In this document: one piece after another, positions 44,044 to 54,349 of the stretch
Layout: each line of letters begins with the position of its first letter
Numbering within the stretch: position 1 is the first letter of the stretch
Source: Gammaproteobacteria bacterium
GTDB taxonomy: Bacteria > Pseudomonadota > Gammaproteobacteria > Ga0077536
DNA length: 64,000 nt
Direction of reading: 5' to 3'
Assembly (NCBI GenBank): GCA_963662545.2
Contig: CAXXLL010000003.1
Span: forward strand, 1,664,001 to 1,728,000
Notes under the pieces: model-generated
The model's input: the letters and a program-made list of their open reading frames with translations, nothing else
Database searches by the model: none
Told to the model about the DNA's origin: nothing
Position numbers and translations under genes: made by a program

Positions 44044-44790
44044 ATGCGTATAGTGAACAAAAAAGGCGTTCTCAAGGTGTTTGTGGTCACGATCCTTTTG
44101 GGTTCGGCGGCGCATCTACCGGCCGGGGACTCGGAGCGCGAGTGGTATGTGCGCAAGTACCATCAGCGTGAGGCGGTCGATTGGTCCCGGGAGGCGGAGG
44201 TCGATCTCGGCGAGCGCAGGCCCGCGATGATGGAAATCTACGAGGTCTCGCAATACGCGGACGGGTCAGAGCCGAGCGACGCCCAGCGCGGCGCGGCGAA
44301 CGACCTCGCGCAGCAGTCGTTCGCAAGCGCACGGAAGCACGGATGGTTCGATTTCGATAAGGGTTTGAATGACGGTTTCGAGCCTGTGTTCGGGGACCGG
44401 GTACATTACGCGAACAAGCCGTTCATCACCGATGACCACCTCCTGAACCCCGACCGTCCGGAGTTTCTGATGTATTACGATACGCCGAATGGCAAGCGCC
44501 TCGCTGGCATCATGTATCTGACCCGCAAGCTCGACGAACGCGGCCCCCAAATCGGCGGCCCGCTCACCGTCTGGCACTATCACATCTTTAAAGGCCGGAA
44601 GTGTTTTCTGAGGGGACTGCTGGTAATCGGCGCGCCCGGCGAAGACGGCGCCTGCGCCCATGGTTTCCCTAACGACCACAGCCCCGAGATGCTGCACGTT
44701 TGGCTGCTGGACCACCCACAGGGAAGGTTCGCGACCGACATGGCATTGCCCTCCGAGACGCTCGAGGCGCTTGCGGAACAGTCGGACTGA
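44044..44790 (+). CDS. Hypothetical exported protein with several His-containing motifs
   Basis: Signal-peptide-like N-terminus; VHYAN, NPDRPEFLMY, GGPLTVWHYH, PEMLHVW. Confidence 0.75.
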   Translation: MRIVNKKGVLKVFVVTILLGSAAHLPAGDSEREWYVRKYHQREAVDWSREAEVDLGERRPAMMEIYEVSQYADGSEPSDAQRGAANDLAQQSFASARKHGWFDFDKGLNDGFEPVFGDRVHYANKPFITDDHLLNPDRPEFLMYYDTPNGKRLAGIMYLTRKLDERGPQIGGPLTVWHYHIFKGRKCFLRGLLVIGAPGEDGACAHGFPNDHSPEMLHVWLLDHPQGRFATDMALPSETLEALAEQSD

Positions 44791-44974
44791 ACCAGATTCG
44801 GAGCGCGGCTCACCGCGGGCAATCTCGACAGGTGCCACCCCTAACTATTGGGTGCACCTGCCTACTGTTACGGGTTGCGCGCCGGGCGTTTCGACGGCGA
44901 CGCTTCAGGAACTCGCATGCGCGTCCGGCCCGTCGGCTGTGCTATGAACCTGCCCGCGCGAACGCGTCGCCTGC

Positions 44975-45622
44975 TCAGTGCGAATGGCCGCTGTGGTCGT
45001 GGCTCGACTTGCCTTCAGCGGGAACCGCCTCGATTGCAGCTTCAGTACCGGCATTGGCCGCATCGGTCGCCGCCGGGGAATCCCCGTGGTGATGGCCTTT
45101 CGCATCCGCCGCATGATGCCCCCGGCCTTCTGCGCGGGCCAGCATCGCGTCATAAGCTGCCGCATCGAGCCGCGGCAGCTCGATCATGAAGGCGATCACC
45201 GGCCACAACGACTCATCGTCATGGGTCGCCCCCCATGCCGGCATACCGGTCATCCTGATGCCATGCTTGGTGATCCAGAAAAGCTCGGCCGGGCTCATCT
45301 CGGCCGCGGATTCCGTGAGATCTGAAGGCTGGGGGTTGAGCCCCTGCCCAGCGGCCTTCGATTTTCGTCCGGGCGCGCCGTGGCAGCCGGCGCACATGGC
45401 ATCGAAATCGCTGATGCCGACGAGCCGTAATTCTTCGCTGCTTAGGTCGGGCATCTCGATGTCGCGAGCCTGACGCGCGACCGAAGCGTGCATCGCCGTC
45501 GAGAACAACCATTCCGTGACCGCGTTGTGCGGAGAACTAGCAGCGACATCGTAAAGTCCCGCGTAGGCAATGCCGGCCGCAACGACGACCGCGAGCACGA
45601 CACCCGTGATGAACATCTTCAT
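44975..45622 (-). CDS. Membrane-anchored monoheme cytochrome c with His-rich tail
   Basis: N-terminal TM; CAGCHG; KHGIRMTGMPAWG; tail GHH...HHH...HDHSGHSH. Confidence 0.85.
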   Translation of the reverse strand: MKMFITGVVLAVVVAAGIAYAGLYDVAASSPHNAVTEWLFSTAMHASVARQARDIEMPDLSSEELRLVGISDFDAMCAGCHGAPGRKSKAAGQGLNPQPSDLTESAAEMSPAELFWITKHGIRMTGMPAWGATHDDESLWPVIAFMIELPRLDAAAYDAMLARAEGRGHHAADAKGHHHGDSPAATDAANAGTEAAIEAVPAEGKSSHDHSGHSH

Positions 45623-45880
45623 GAGCGTGATCGGGCCCTCAATTCTTTGCGCATTATTAAGGGGCGGAAGTACGGCGCCTTGCCGACGCATTTCGGGTGA
45701 ACTGCCCAGCCTGCCGTCGTAGCAAAAGCAGCGTAGATCTTTATATCGATCGAAGCGAGCCGTTCGAGAAGCGTGCGCAGGCGGTGGCAGCGCGATGGGA
45801 TCAAGAGCTTGAATAACTGCAATTCTGACAGTGCGACCGGCTCGCTAAGTGTGTTCGACGAAGAGCTACGGCTCCGATCT

Positions 45881-47015
45881 CTATCCATAGTTCAACTTGA
45901 ATCCCGCCGCATTGAGATAGACCGCCTCCTGCTCGAGATCCGCCCGGGTCAACGCGTGTGCATCGAGCCACTGCGGCGGGTATTTGAGTTTGATCACTGC
46001 GTCCTCGGCGCTGATCAAGATCGGCGGCAGGGGATCATCGCTGCGGCGGCGGTGCAACATATAGGCCAGGCGCAGGAGTACACAGAGCCGGGTGATCGAC
46101 TGGACGCGGGCGGCCGGCAATTTTGCGAACTCGGCGAGCGGCATCTTGCGGCGATGGCCGCGCACGAGGGCGGCGAGGCGGCGTTGCTCACCGTGGGCAA
46201 ATCCCGGCATGTTCAGATGGGTCAACAAGTAGCCGCCGTGCTTGTGGTACTGGTTGTGCGCAATCGACAGGCCGATTTCGTGGAGCACCGCGGCCCAGCG
46301 CAGCATACCTCGGTACTCCTCGGACGCGAGATCCCAGGCGCACGCGACCTGCTTCAACAGCGCCTCGGCGGTTTCCCGCACGCGCTCGCCCTGTTCCAGG
46401 TCGATTTGATAGCGCCGGGTCAGTTCATTCACGGTGCGTTCGCGCACGTCTTCCCGGTGGATTCTCCCCAGCAGGTCGTAGAGCAGCCCTTCCCGCAAGG
46501 CGCCGTCGGAGACGCGCATCCGCTCGATGCCAAGCGCTTCGAAGGCCGCGATCAGGATCGCTACGCCGCCCGGGAACACCGGGCGGCGTTCATCCGGCAG
46601 GCCCTTGAAGTCGAGCTTGTTCACGTGCCCGGCCTCTATCATCGCCTGGCGCAGGTTTGCCAGCGCGTCCGGGGTGATGCCTTCTTCGCTCCATTGCCGG
46701 GCCAGTACGATGTCGCGGATTGCCAGGATCGTACCGGATGCCCCGATGACCGCGTGCCAGCCGACGCGCCGAAAGCTTTCTTCCATGGTTTCCAGTTCCT
46801 GCCGTGCGGCGATCTCCGCCGTGCGCATGCGGGCGCCATCGATGGATCCGTCGGCGAAAAAGGCTTCGCTCAGGCTCACACAGCCCATGTGCCTGCTTTC
46901 CATATACAGCGGATCGAAACGCCGGCCGAGTATGAATTCGGTACTGCCGCCGCCGATATCCATGACCAGGCGCAGATCAGAATCGTCATCCAGGCCATGC
47001 GAAACCCCTAGGTAG
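45881..47015 (-). pseudogene. ppx: Exopolyphosphatase Ppx/GppA, 3' part (after IS)
   Basis: DIGGGSTE, MGCV, GALREG, LHEIG, YHKHG. Confidence 0.92.
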
Positions 47016-48710
47016 TGTCCGTCCATAAACAGGCATTTTCTTCGATGGGCACGGAGAAATCGAGGTGTTGAAAGTAGGTTGTTGGAGCGGTAGCGGCGGT
47101 TCGGTGGGGGTCGAAGGGCTCTTCGAGCGTAATTGTGAGTACGTTCGCCGGCCGCAGAGCGCTGCAACCCAAAGTCGCCCGTTCGACGATATCGAGGAGG
47201 TCAGTTAGTGCGAGTGAACGTCGCTATTCGAGTTGATAGCGCGCGAGCAGGCTGAGGTTGTAGGCGACCACAGAAGACCACACGTAGGCTTCGAAGTGCG
47301 GCAGGCTCTTCCAGGTGCAACGTGCCAATCCGTATGCACGCTTCAGGCAGGAGATACCGGCCTCGATGCCGGCGCGGAAGTTGCGCAAGCGTCGATAGAC
47401 CCACTGACTCTTGACCATGTCGGCGATCGCGAGCCCGCGCTTCTTGTGGAAGGCAACGTCTTCGATGCCTTCTGCTTTCGCCGCCCGGAGATTGTCGAGG
47501 CTCGCATAGCCGCCATCGGCGGCGACCTGTCGTGGCATCGTCCCGTAGTGTGTTCGATGCCGTTCGAGCATCGGCATGAAGCGCTGACTATCGACCGGAT
47601 TGCCTCGCTCGATGACCACGTCGAGGATGAGGCCACTGCGCCCCGAAGCCAGATTGATTTTGTGTCCGTACTGAACGTCGCGCGCACCCTTTATGATGAT
47701 GTCGGTATGCGGCTCGAACAAGCTCACGCACTTCTCGCTCGCGGGGACCTTCTCACCGCCGAACACCCGCCGCTCAGTTTGCGAAATCACCTGCAGAACA
47801 AGTGTTTCGTAGTGCGCTACCTGCGCTAGCCAGTCCGGCAGTTCAACGCCGGTGACGCCCGGGCTCAGCAGCTGCTCACGTACCCTCGCTACCGCTTCCA
47901 AGGTTGAACGCGTCGCCCCAATCAAATCGCGATACAGACGTTGGCGTTGCTTCGCACCACGCGCATACCACAGCGCCCGCGCACGCTTCTTCGCCAATCG
48001 AGTGTGGTTCACGAAGCACAACTCCGGCGCGCCAGGCAACTCGCGCGCCTGTGCGAGCAGACGAACCACAACACGCACGCCATCCCACAGCAGATGACTG
48101 TCGCTCGGCGCGTGGATGGCACTGTCCGTTACCGTGCTATCAATCCGTACACGCTGTGCCGGCTCAATGCGCGTCTCTTTCGCCGTCGCCAGCAGGGCGC
48201 GATGAATAGACTCCCACGTCGATACCTGGATCGCCGAGACCACCCGCTGTAAGGCAGACTTCTTCGGACGTTCATTACCCGGCAACCGGGCGAAGGCCTG
48301 AAAGCTCGCCGAGTCCTGCAGGTGAAAGGCCAGCTCCTCGTAACTCAATTGCCGGTGCTGCTTGAGCACCGCGCAGCGCAGCACCGACTCCGCCGACAGT
48401 CCGCGTCGACCGGTGGGCTTCAAACCCCGCCGACACAGATCGTTCATGACCGGCGTGAGGACCTTGGGGTGAGCATCGAGCCACTCGGACATGCCCTGCA
48501 GCTCTCGCCCCAGGTCATGGTCAGCAAACAGCTCGTATATACTCGCTTGGGCCGTGCGTTTCTGACGCATTCCCCCTCCTGTGGTGTCGATGATTGTGTG
48601 GAAAATCAGAGGTTTGAAGTTCCATTAGATCACGACCCACCGGAGGTTTCGATCCCTTAAGCGACAAATTTTCCTTTTTATTTCAACCGCATCGCGTTTA
48701 GGGATGCACA
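47016..48710 (-). mobile_element. Insertion sequence (ISNCY/IS5-like DDE) inside ppx
   Basis: 8-bp target duplication CTAGGTAG at 47008-47015 and 48711-48718; imperfect IR TGTCCGTCCATAAAC / GTTTAGGGATGCACA. Confidence 0.9.
47224..48570 (-). CDS. DDE transposase (ISNCY/IS5-like)
   Basis: RIDSTV, AADGGY, FRAGIEAGISCLKR, AYNL. Confidence 0.9.
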   Translation of the reverse strand: MRQKRTAQASIYELFADHDLGRELQGMSEWLDAHPKVLTPVMNDLCRRGLKPTGRRGLSAESVLRCAVLKQHRQLSYEELAFHLQDSASFQAFARLPGNERPKKSALQRVVSAIQVSTWESIHRALLATAKETRIEPAQRVRIDSTVTDSAIHAPSDSHLLWDGVRVVVRLLAQARELPGAPELCFVNHTRLAKKRARALWYARGAKQRQRLYRDLIGATRSTLEAVARVREQLLSPGVTGVELPDWLAQVAHYETLVLQVISQTERRVFGGEKVPASEKCVSLFEPHTDIIIKGARDVQYGHKINLASGRSGLILDVVIERGNPVDSQRFMPMLERHRTHYGTMPRQVAADGGYASLDNLRAAKAEGIEDVAFHKKRGLAIADMVKSQWVYRRLRNFRAGIEAGISCLKRAYGLARCTWKSLPHFEAYVWSSVVAYNLSLLARYQLE

Positions 48711-49080
48711 CTAGGTAGATCAGGCGTGCTTCTTCGTGGCCGGAAATGACGTCGACGGCGTGTCCGAGGGCCGTTTCTGCTTGCGAGAGAAAGGCGGGTG
48801 CGTTGCGCGCCTTGCGCAGTGTGTTCGTGCCGACGGCGCGCACCGCAAGTTGCGGCAGATCACTCAAGCGTTCGCCAAAACGCTCGAGACACTCGATCGC
48901 TCGTCCGATGACTGTGTCGGTTAGGTTGTTGTCTTGGTCAAGGCCCGCCGCCAGCTGCACCATTTCACGCATGCGGTCGACGATGTGAAAACTGTCCTCG
49001 TTCGTTTTCGCGACGATCATGTGAAAGCTGTTGGAACCGAGATCGACGGCGGCAATCATCCCTGGAGTCGCGTTGCCCAT
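48711..49080 (-). pseudogene. ppx: Exopolyphosphatase Ppx/GppA, 5' part (before IS)
   Basis: AAVDLGSNSFHM, GTNTLR, ISGHEEARLIYL; removing the IS restores a 498-aa frame. Confidence 0.92.
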
Positions 49081-49097
49081 AAAGAATCGCTATCTAG

Positions 49098-49256
49098 CAG
49101 CCTGTCGGACTTAGGAAAATCTGCTACGGCGTTGGGATAGCTGCCCAGATGCGCCATGGTTCTCGTTAAATAGACCCACTATTCGCCTCAAACTATGACG
49201 CCTCTCAGACCTCTCTCCCAACCGCCTCGCGACGATTCCCCAAGTCCGACAGGCTG
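49098..49256. mobile_element. MITE, 159 bp, family B, copy 2
   Basis: TIR CAGCCTGTCGGACTT / AAGTCCGACAGGCTG, CTAG direct repeats; alignable by eye with 13892-14051. Confidence 0.9.
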
Positions 49257-49327
49257 CTAGGTAATTCGCCTGGGAAGCGGCCGGGTTTATACTCCATGGC
49301 AGTGATCGATTTAGCGGAGAAGCCGCC

Positions 49328-49747
49328 ATGGCAGACGACAATATAAGTAGTATCACGCCGCCCGAAGCGTGGCAGATTCTTAATGACGAGTCGAATGCGA
49401 TCGTTTTGGACGTGCGCAGTAAAGTCGAGTTCGACTACGTCGGACATCCGTTACATGCCGTACACGTCGCGTGGAAGGAATATCCCGACTGGACAGAAAA
49501 TCCGAACTTCGTGGATGAAGTCAAGGCGGCCCTGCGAGAGCGGGGCGGCGACGATTCGTCGCGTCCGGTACTCGCGATTTGCCGCAGCGGAGTCCGGTCG
49601 CTGGCCGCGGCCAAGGCGTTATCCGCCGCGGGTTACGAGCGCCTTTACAACGTTGAGGAAGGCTTCGAAGGTGACAAGAACGACGAAGCCCATCGGGGCA
49701 CGATCAACGGATGGCGTCGTCACGGTCTTCCTTGGGAGCAGACCTGA
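49328..49747 (+). CDS. Rhodanese-like domain protein
   Basis: LDVRS..E, GHP, ICRSGVRS, EGFEGD, GLPW. Confidence 0.92.
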   Translation: MADDNISSITPPEAWQILNDESNAIVLDVRSKVEFDYVGHPLHAVHVAWKEYPDWTENPNFVDEVKAALRERGGDDSSRPVLAICRSGVRSLAAAKALSAAGYERLYNVEEGFEGDKNDEAHRGTINGWRRHGLPWEQT

Positions 49748-49749
49748 TT

Positions 49750-50073
49750 TCATCCTTCGGCCTCGCCACGGACGGCACCGCAGTTCCAGCACTGATTGAA
49801 TTGCCCTTCCAGATGCTCGTCGCAGTGCGGGCACACCCAGGGATCGTCTTGTAGCATTCGGTTGCTGAGCGCGCTTTGAATAATGCGCCCGGCGGCGCTC
49901 TCGTCTTCGTCGTGGAGCACCCACACTTCCGGCCAGCATTCGTTCACCGGGAGCTCGCCGACGCCGCCACCGAGATAATGGTTGCGAATCAAGCACTGAA
50001 TACCGGCAGCCTCGAGCAGCGAATCGACGAACCCGGAAAGCACCGGATCCGCATCGGTAAATACGCGCTTCAT
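49750..50073 (-). CDS. DUF2007-type putative signal-transducing protein with C-terminal zinc finger
   Basis: LLEAAGI, GELP..ECWPEVWV, WVCPHC...CWNCG. Confidence 0.85.
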   Translation of the reverse strand: MKRVFTDADPVLSGFVDSLLEAAGIQCLIRNHYLGGGVGELPVNECWPEVWVLHDEDESAAGRIIQSALSNRMLQDDPWVCPHCDEHLEGQFNQCWNCGAVRGEAEG

Positions 50074-50204
50074 CGTCCTAAAACCATCGTTATCACCCGT
50101 GCCGTCGTATAATGCACGGCTTTGCTGGCCCTGGACACCCTGAAATCAGCCGCGTCTCAGGGGCCAAGAGTTCCCGTAACGCCGCCGCTTACCTTGTCAC
50201 TGAG

Positions 50205-52028
50205 ATGCCGTCCAATAAGCTTCGCAATATCGCTATCGTCGCGCACGTCGACCACGGCAAAACGACGCTGGTCGATGAGCTGCTGAAACAGTCGGGAACA
50301 CTCGACATGCGCCGCGACACCGCCGAGCGCATCATGGATAGTGATGCGCTCGAGCGCGAGCGCGGGATCACCATCCTGGCCAAAAATACGGCCGTCCAAT
50401 GGGAAGGGTACCGAATCAACGTCGTCGACACGCCGGGGCATGCAGATTTCGGCGGCGAGGTCGAGCGCATTCTGTCGATGGTGGATTCCGTTCTTCTGCT
50501 GGTCGATGCAGTCGAGGGCCCGATGCCGCAAACGCGGTTCGTGACACAGAAAGCCTTCGCGCGGGGGCTCCATCCGCTGGTCGTGATCAACAAATGTGAT
50601 CGCACGGCCGCGAGAGCTCATTGGGTTCTGGATCAGACCTTCGAACTGTTCGATCGCCTGGGTGCGAGCGATGCCCAGCTCGATTTCCCCGTCGTGTATT
50701 GCTCGGCGACGCAGGGCTATGCGCGGCACGACCCCGATGACGCGGAGCGCGACATGCGCATCCTGTTCGAAACCATCATCGAACATGTCCCGCCGCCAAG
50801 CGTGGACACAAAAGGCGGGTTTCAAATGCAAATCAGCTCGCTTGATTATTCGAGCTATATAGGCGCAATCGGGATCGGCCGCATCAACCGCGGTCGAATC
50901 GCGCCCAATCAGAATGTCACCGTCATCGACGGACATGGCCGTCACCGCCGTGGCCGTGTCCTTGAGGTACTCGGATTTCAAGGGCTCAAGCGGGAAGCGC
51001 GTGATGTGGCCGAGGCCGGCGACATCGTAGCGGTCACCGGCATCGACGAGCTTCGGATTTCCGATACGTTGTGTGATCCGGCACATGCCGAGGCACTGCC
51101 GTCTCTCACTATTGACGAACCCACCGTGTCCATGACCTTCGAGGTTTCCGCCTCGCCGTTTGCCGGACTTGAAGGGCGCTTCGTGACCAGCCGTCAAATA
51201 CTCGAACGTCTCCAACGTGAGATAGTCCACAACGTCGCCTTGCGGATCGAAGAAACCGATGATACCAAGTGCATCAAGGTGGCCGGTCGCGGCGAGCTGC
51301 ACCTGTCGATACTGATCGAGAACATGCGCCGGGAAGGCTATGCATTTTGCGTCGGCCGGCCGCAGGTCATCGTCAAGCAGATCGATGGTAGCCCGGCCGA
51401 ACCCTTCGAGAAATTGGTGGTGGACGTTTCGGAATCCAATCAGGGTACGGTCATGGAGCGACTCGGCGCGCGCCGCGGCACCATCGAACATATGATGCCC
51501 GACGGCAAAGGTCGGGTACGGCTCGACTACGTGATTCCGTCCCGAGGGCTCATCGGATTTCGCACGGAATTTCTCACCGCTACCGCGGGTACTGGGATCA
51601 TGTATCACACCTTCGAGGATTACCGCCCGCTTGCCCGCGGCGCGATTGCGCCGCGCAAAAACGGCGTGCTCGTGTCCATTACCGATGGCAAAGCGCTCGC
51701 CTTTGCCCTGTTCAATCTGCAAGAACGTGGGCGCATGCTCCTCGCGCCCGGCGAGGAGGTATTCGAGGGCATGATCGTGGGTATCCATTCGCGGGACAAC
51801 GATCTCGCCGTCAACCCGATGAAAGCGAAGCAGCTCACCAACATCCGCGCCGCCGGCAGTGACGAAAATGTTCTCTTAACCTCGCCGTTGCGTTTCGATC
51901 TCGAACAGGCACTGGAATTCATAGTCGAAGACGAACTGGTGGAGGTAACGCCCCGCGCAATTCGGCTGCGCAAGCGCGAATTGAAAGAAGCCGACCGGCG
52001 CCGTTCCTTGCGCCGCGCGTTGAAATGA
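50205..52028 (+). CDS. typA: Translational GTPase TypA/BipA
   Basis: [37 protein letters not shown]. Confidence 0.97.
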   Translation: MPSNKLRNIAIVAHVDHGKTTLVDELLKQSGTLDMRRDTAERIMDSDALERERGITILAKNTAVQWEGYRINVVDTPGHADFGGEVERILSMVDSVLLLVDAVEGPMPQTRFVTQKAFARGLHPLVVINKCDRTAARAHWVLDQTFELFDRLGASDAQLDFPVVYCSATQGYARHDPDDAERDMRILFETIIEHVPPPSVDTKGGFQMQISSLDYSSYIGAIGIGRINRGRIAPNQNVTVIDGHGRHRRGRVLEVLGFQGLKREARDVAEAGDIVAVTGIDELRISDTLCDPAHAEALPSLTIDEPTVSMTFEVSASPFAGLEGRFVTSRQILERLQREIVHNVALRIEETDDTKCIKVAGRGELHLSILIENMRREGYAFCVGRPQVIVKQIDGSPAEPFEKLVVDVSESNQGTVMERLGARRGTIEHMMPDGKGRVRLDYVIPSRGLIGFRTEFLTATAGTGIMYHTFEDYRPLARGAIAPRKNGVLVSITDGKALAFALFNLQERGRMLLAPGEEVFEGMIVGIHSRDNDLAVNPMKAKQLTNIRAAGSDENVLLTSPLRFDLEQALEFIVEDELVEVTPRAIRLRKRELKEADRRRSLRRALK

Positions 52029-52094
52029 TTGAAAAGCTGTCCTCGATATTCCACCCGCGTCACTCCGATTCCCTATGCCGTACAAGCTCCTAGC

Positions 52095-52592
52095 ATGATC
52101 GGATTGATACAGCGCGTCGACAAAGCCCAAGTCGAAGTCTCGGGCGAGATCATCGCGAGCGTTCAACGCGGCCTCGTGGCGTTCATCGGTGTCGAACGCG
52201 GCGACACGGAAGCCGAAGCCGGGCGCCTGATCGAGCGGATTCTGGGCTACCGCGTATTTCCCGACGACGACGGCAAGATGAATCGATGCCTGGGCGACAT
52301 CGACGGCGGGCTCCTGCTCGTCCCACAATTCACGCTGGCCGCCGATACCCGCAAGGGCACGCGGCCCAGCTTTTCTCCCGCCGCCCCGCCCGAAGAGGGG
52401 CGCCGGCTGTTCGACTCGCTCGCTGAAGAAGCACGCCGTGCCTACGCGCGCGTCGGGACCGGCCGGTTCGGGGCGGCAATGAAAGTCGGCTTGGTCAATG
52501 ACGGGCCCGTCACGTTCTGGCTGCAGGTATCACCAAGCCGGCCGCAAACGGAGGCAGCCCGAAAAGCCGCGTCTCAACGATCGCCAACATGA
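52095..52592 (+). CDS. dtd: D-aminoacyl-tRNA deacylase
   Basis: IQRV, PQFTL, NDGPVT. Confidence 0.95.
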   Translation: MIGLIQRVDKAQVEVSGEIIASVQRGLVAFIGVERGDTEAEAGRLIERILGYRVFPDDDGKMNRCLGDIDGGLLLVPQFTLAADTRKGTRPSFSPAAPPEEGRRLFDSLAEEARRAYARVGTGRFGAAMKVGLVNDGPVTFWLQVSPSRPQTEAARKAASQRSPT

Positions 52593-53050
52593 AACATCTG
52601 CTGATGGTCTACCACTCGCAGTCCGGATCGACCGAGGCAATGGCTGAGGCGGTGATCGAGGGAGCCAGCGATCCGGCAATCGAAGGCGTCGACCTGCGTG
52701 TCCTGACCCCGCTGGACGCGTCCGTCGATGACGTCCTGTGGTCGGATGGAATCATTCTCGGCACCCCGGAGAATTTCGGCTATATGTCGGGAGCGCTCAA
52801 ATATTTTTTCGACCATATCTACTATCCGTGCCTCGAACACACTCAGGGACTGCCGTACGTCCTCTTCGTCAAGGCCGGCAACGACGGCAGCGGCGCGGTG
52901 GCAAGCATCGAGCGACTCGTTACGGGATTGCGCTGGCGTGAAGTGCAGGAGCCGATCGTTGTGGTCGGGGACGTTCAGCCAGCACAGATCGAAGCCTGCC
53001 GTGAACTCGGCATGGCGCTCGCAGCTGGCCTTGAAGCGGGATTGTTTTAG
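52589..53050 (+). CDS. Flavodoxin-family protein
   Basis: [27 protein letters not shown]. Confidence 0.9.
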   Translation: MKHLLMVYHSQSGSTEAMAEAVIEGASDPAIEGVDLRVLTPLDASVDDVLWSDGIILGTPENFGYMSGALKYFFDHIYYPCLEHTQGLPYVLFVKAGNDGSGAVASIERLVTGLRWREVQEPIVVVGDVQPAQIEACRELGMALAAGLEAGLF

Positions 53051-53227
53051 GCGCATCGGTGTCCGTTTTGGGTGGCCGCGGTTGACTGCCTGTCATATTG
53101 CGGTTGCCGAGGCGCGCCGACCGCCTTGCAAAATCGTCGGCTTCCGCGACCAGGGCCCGCGAGATTAAGTTTCCAATCTAGAAATTGCTTTAGAATGCGC
53201 GCTCGCGAATGATTTCTGGGAGTCGAC

Positions 53228-54328
53228 ATGGCGCTTGATAGTACGGCCCGGCTGGAGGGCACGGATGTCCGTGCCGAGGCGCGCGACATCCGCAAGACCG
53301 CTATCGATCCGAATTTCTGGTACCCGGTCGCGCGCAGCAGGGATGTCAAGCGAGGCAAGACGCAAGCCGTCACGTTCGCCGGCGATCCCATCGTGCTCAT
53401 ACGCACGAAGTTAGGAGAACTGTTTGCGCTCGAGAACCGCTGCGCCCACCGGCAGATACCGCTGCACGTCGGCGCCGTCCAGGACAACACGATCAAGTGC
53501 GGCTATCACGGCTGGGAGTACGATGCCACAGGGAAATGCGTCAATATTCCCTACATCGACACTTGCCGTATGCAGCCGAACAGCGTCCGCCACTACCCCT
53601 CACGCGAAGCCTACGGTCTCGTCTTCATCTTTCCCGGCGAAGCCGCACTCGCGGCCTCCACGGCATTTCCCTTGGTCCCTTCGGCGGACGATCCGGCTTA
53701 CAAGACCCGCTACCTCGACCGGCGCCTTGACTGTCATTACACGTTCATGCACGAAAACCTCATGGACATGAACCACCAGTTCCTGCACCGGCGCTTAATG
53801 GGCGGCATCAAAACGATTTTTTTAGGGACTCGCGAAGGTGAAAACTGGATAGAAGCGGACTACTCGTTTAAGCGCGCAAGCGGTAAACAGCCGCTGGGTG
53901 AAAAATTCATGTTGGGCAAACGGCCCGAGGCCGCGCCCGGCGAACGCGACCTGATGACGATACGCACGGACTACCCTTATCAGACCCTCAAATTCTGGAC
54001 CGCCGGCAGCGAGCACCCGGCCCTTGACCTGTGGAACGCCTATATCCCGACGGACAAGGCACAGCGGGCCAATCATACTTTCGGACTGATGATGATTCGC
54101 CGGCCGCGAATTCCCGGGGTCCTCGAATTATTCTGGCCTTTCATCATCTGGTTTACGAACGGGATCTTCGCCGAGGATCGTTGGATCTGCGAACTCGAAC
54201 AGGCGGCCTTCGATCGACAGGGCGCCGATCGAAATCGGGAAATATTTCCCGCCATCCGCAGCCTGCGTAAGGTCCTTGTCGACAACGGTTTAGCAATGGA
54301 TGACGGCCAGAGCAAGACCATCGATTGA
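53228..54328 (+). CDS. Rieske non-heme iron oxygenase, alpha subunit
   Basis: CAH...CGYH Rieske ligands; ENLMDMNHQFLH mononuclear Fe motif. Confidence 0.9.
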   Translation: MALDSTARLEGTDVRAEARDIRKTAIDPNFWYPVARSRDVKRGKTQAVTFAGDPIVLIRTKLGELFALENRCAHRQIPLHVGAVQDNTIKCGYHGWEYDATGKCVNIPYIDTCRMQPNSVRHYPSREAYGLVFIFPGEAALAASTAFPLVPSADDPAYKTRYLDRRLDCHYTFMHENLMDMNHQFLHRRLMGGIKTIFLGTREGENWIEADYSFKRASGKQPLGEKFMLGKRPEAAPGERDLMTIRTDYPYQTLKFWTAGSEHPALDLWNAYIPTDKAQRANHTFGLMMIRRPRIPGVLELFWPFIIWFTNGIFAEDRWICELEQAAFDRQGADRNREIFPAIRSLRKVLVDNGLAMDDGQSKTID

Positions 54329-54349
54329 CGCACCGGGTTAGTTCCGCTT

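Noticed and set aside
47016-47167. N-terminal extension of the tracked ORF 45881-47167
   Set aside because: This part is IS sequence read in frame with the ppx 3' fragment, not ppx.
50157-51788. 543-aa antisense ORF, and similar long ORFs opposite ppx, kdsD, cpoB and the HExxH gene
   Set aside because: They mirror well-supported genes on the other strand, as expected from high-GC codon bias, and carry no motifs.
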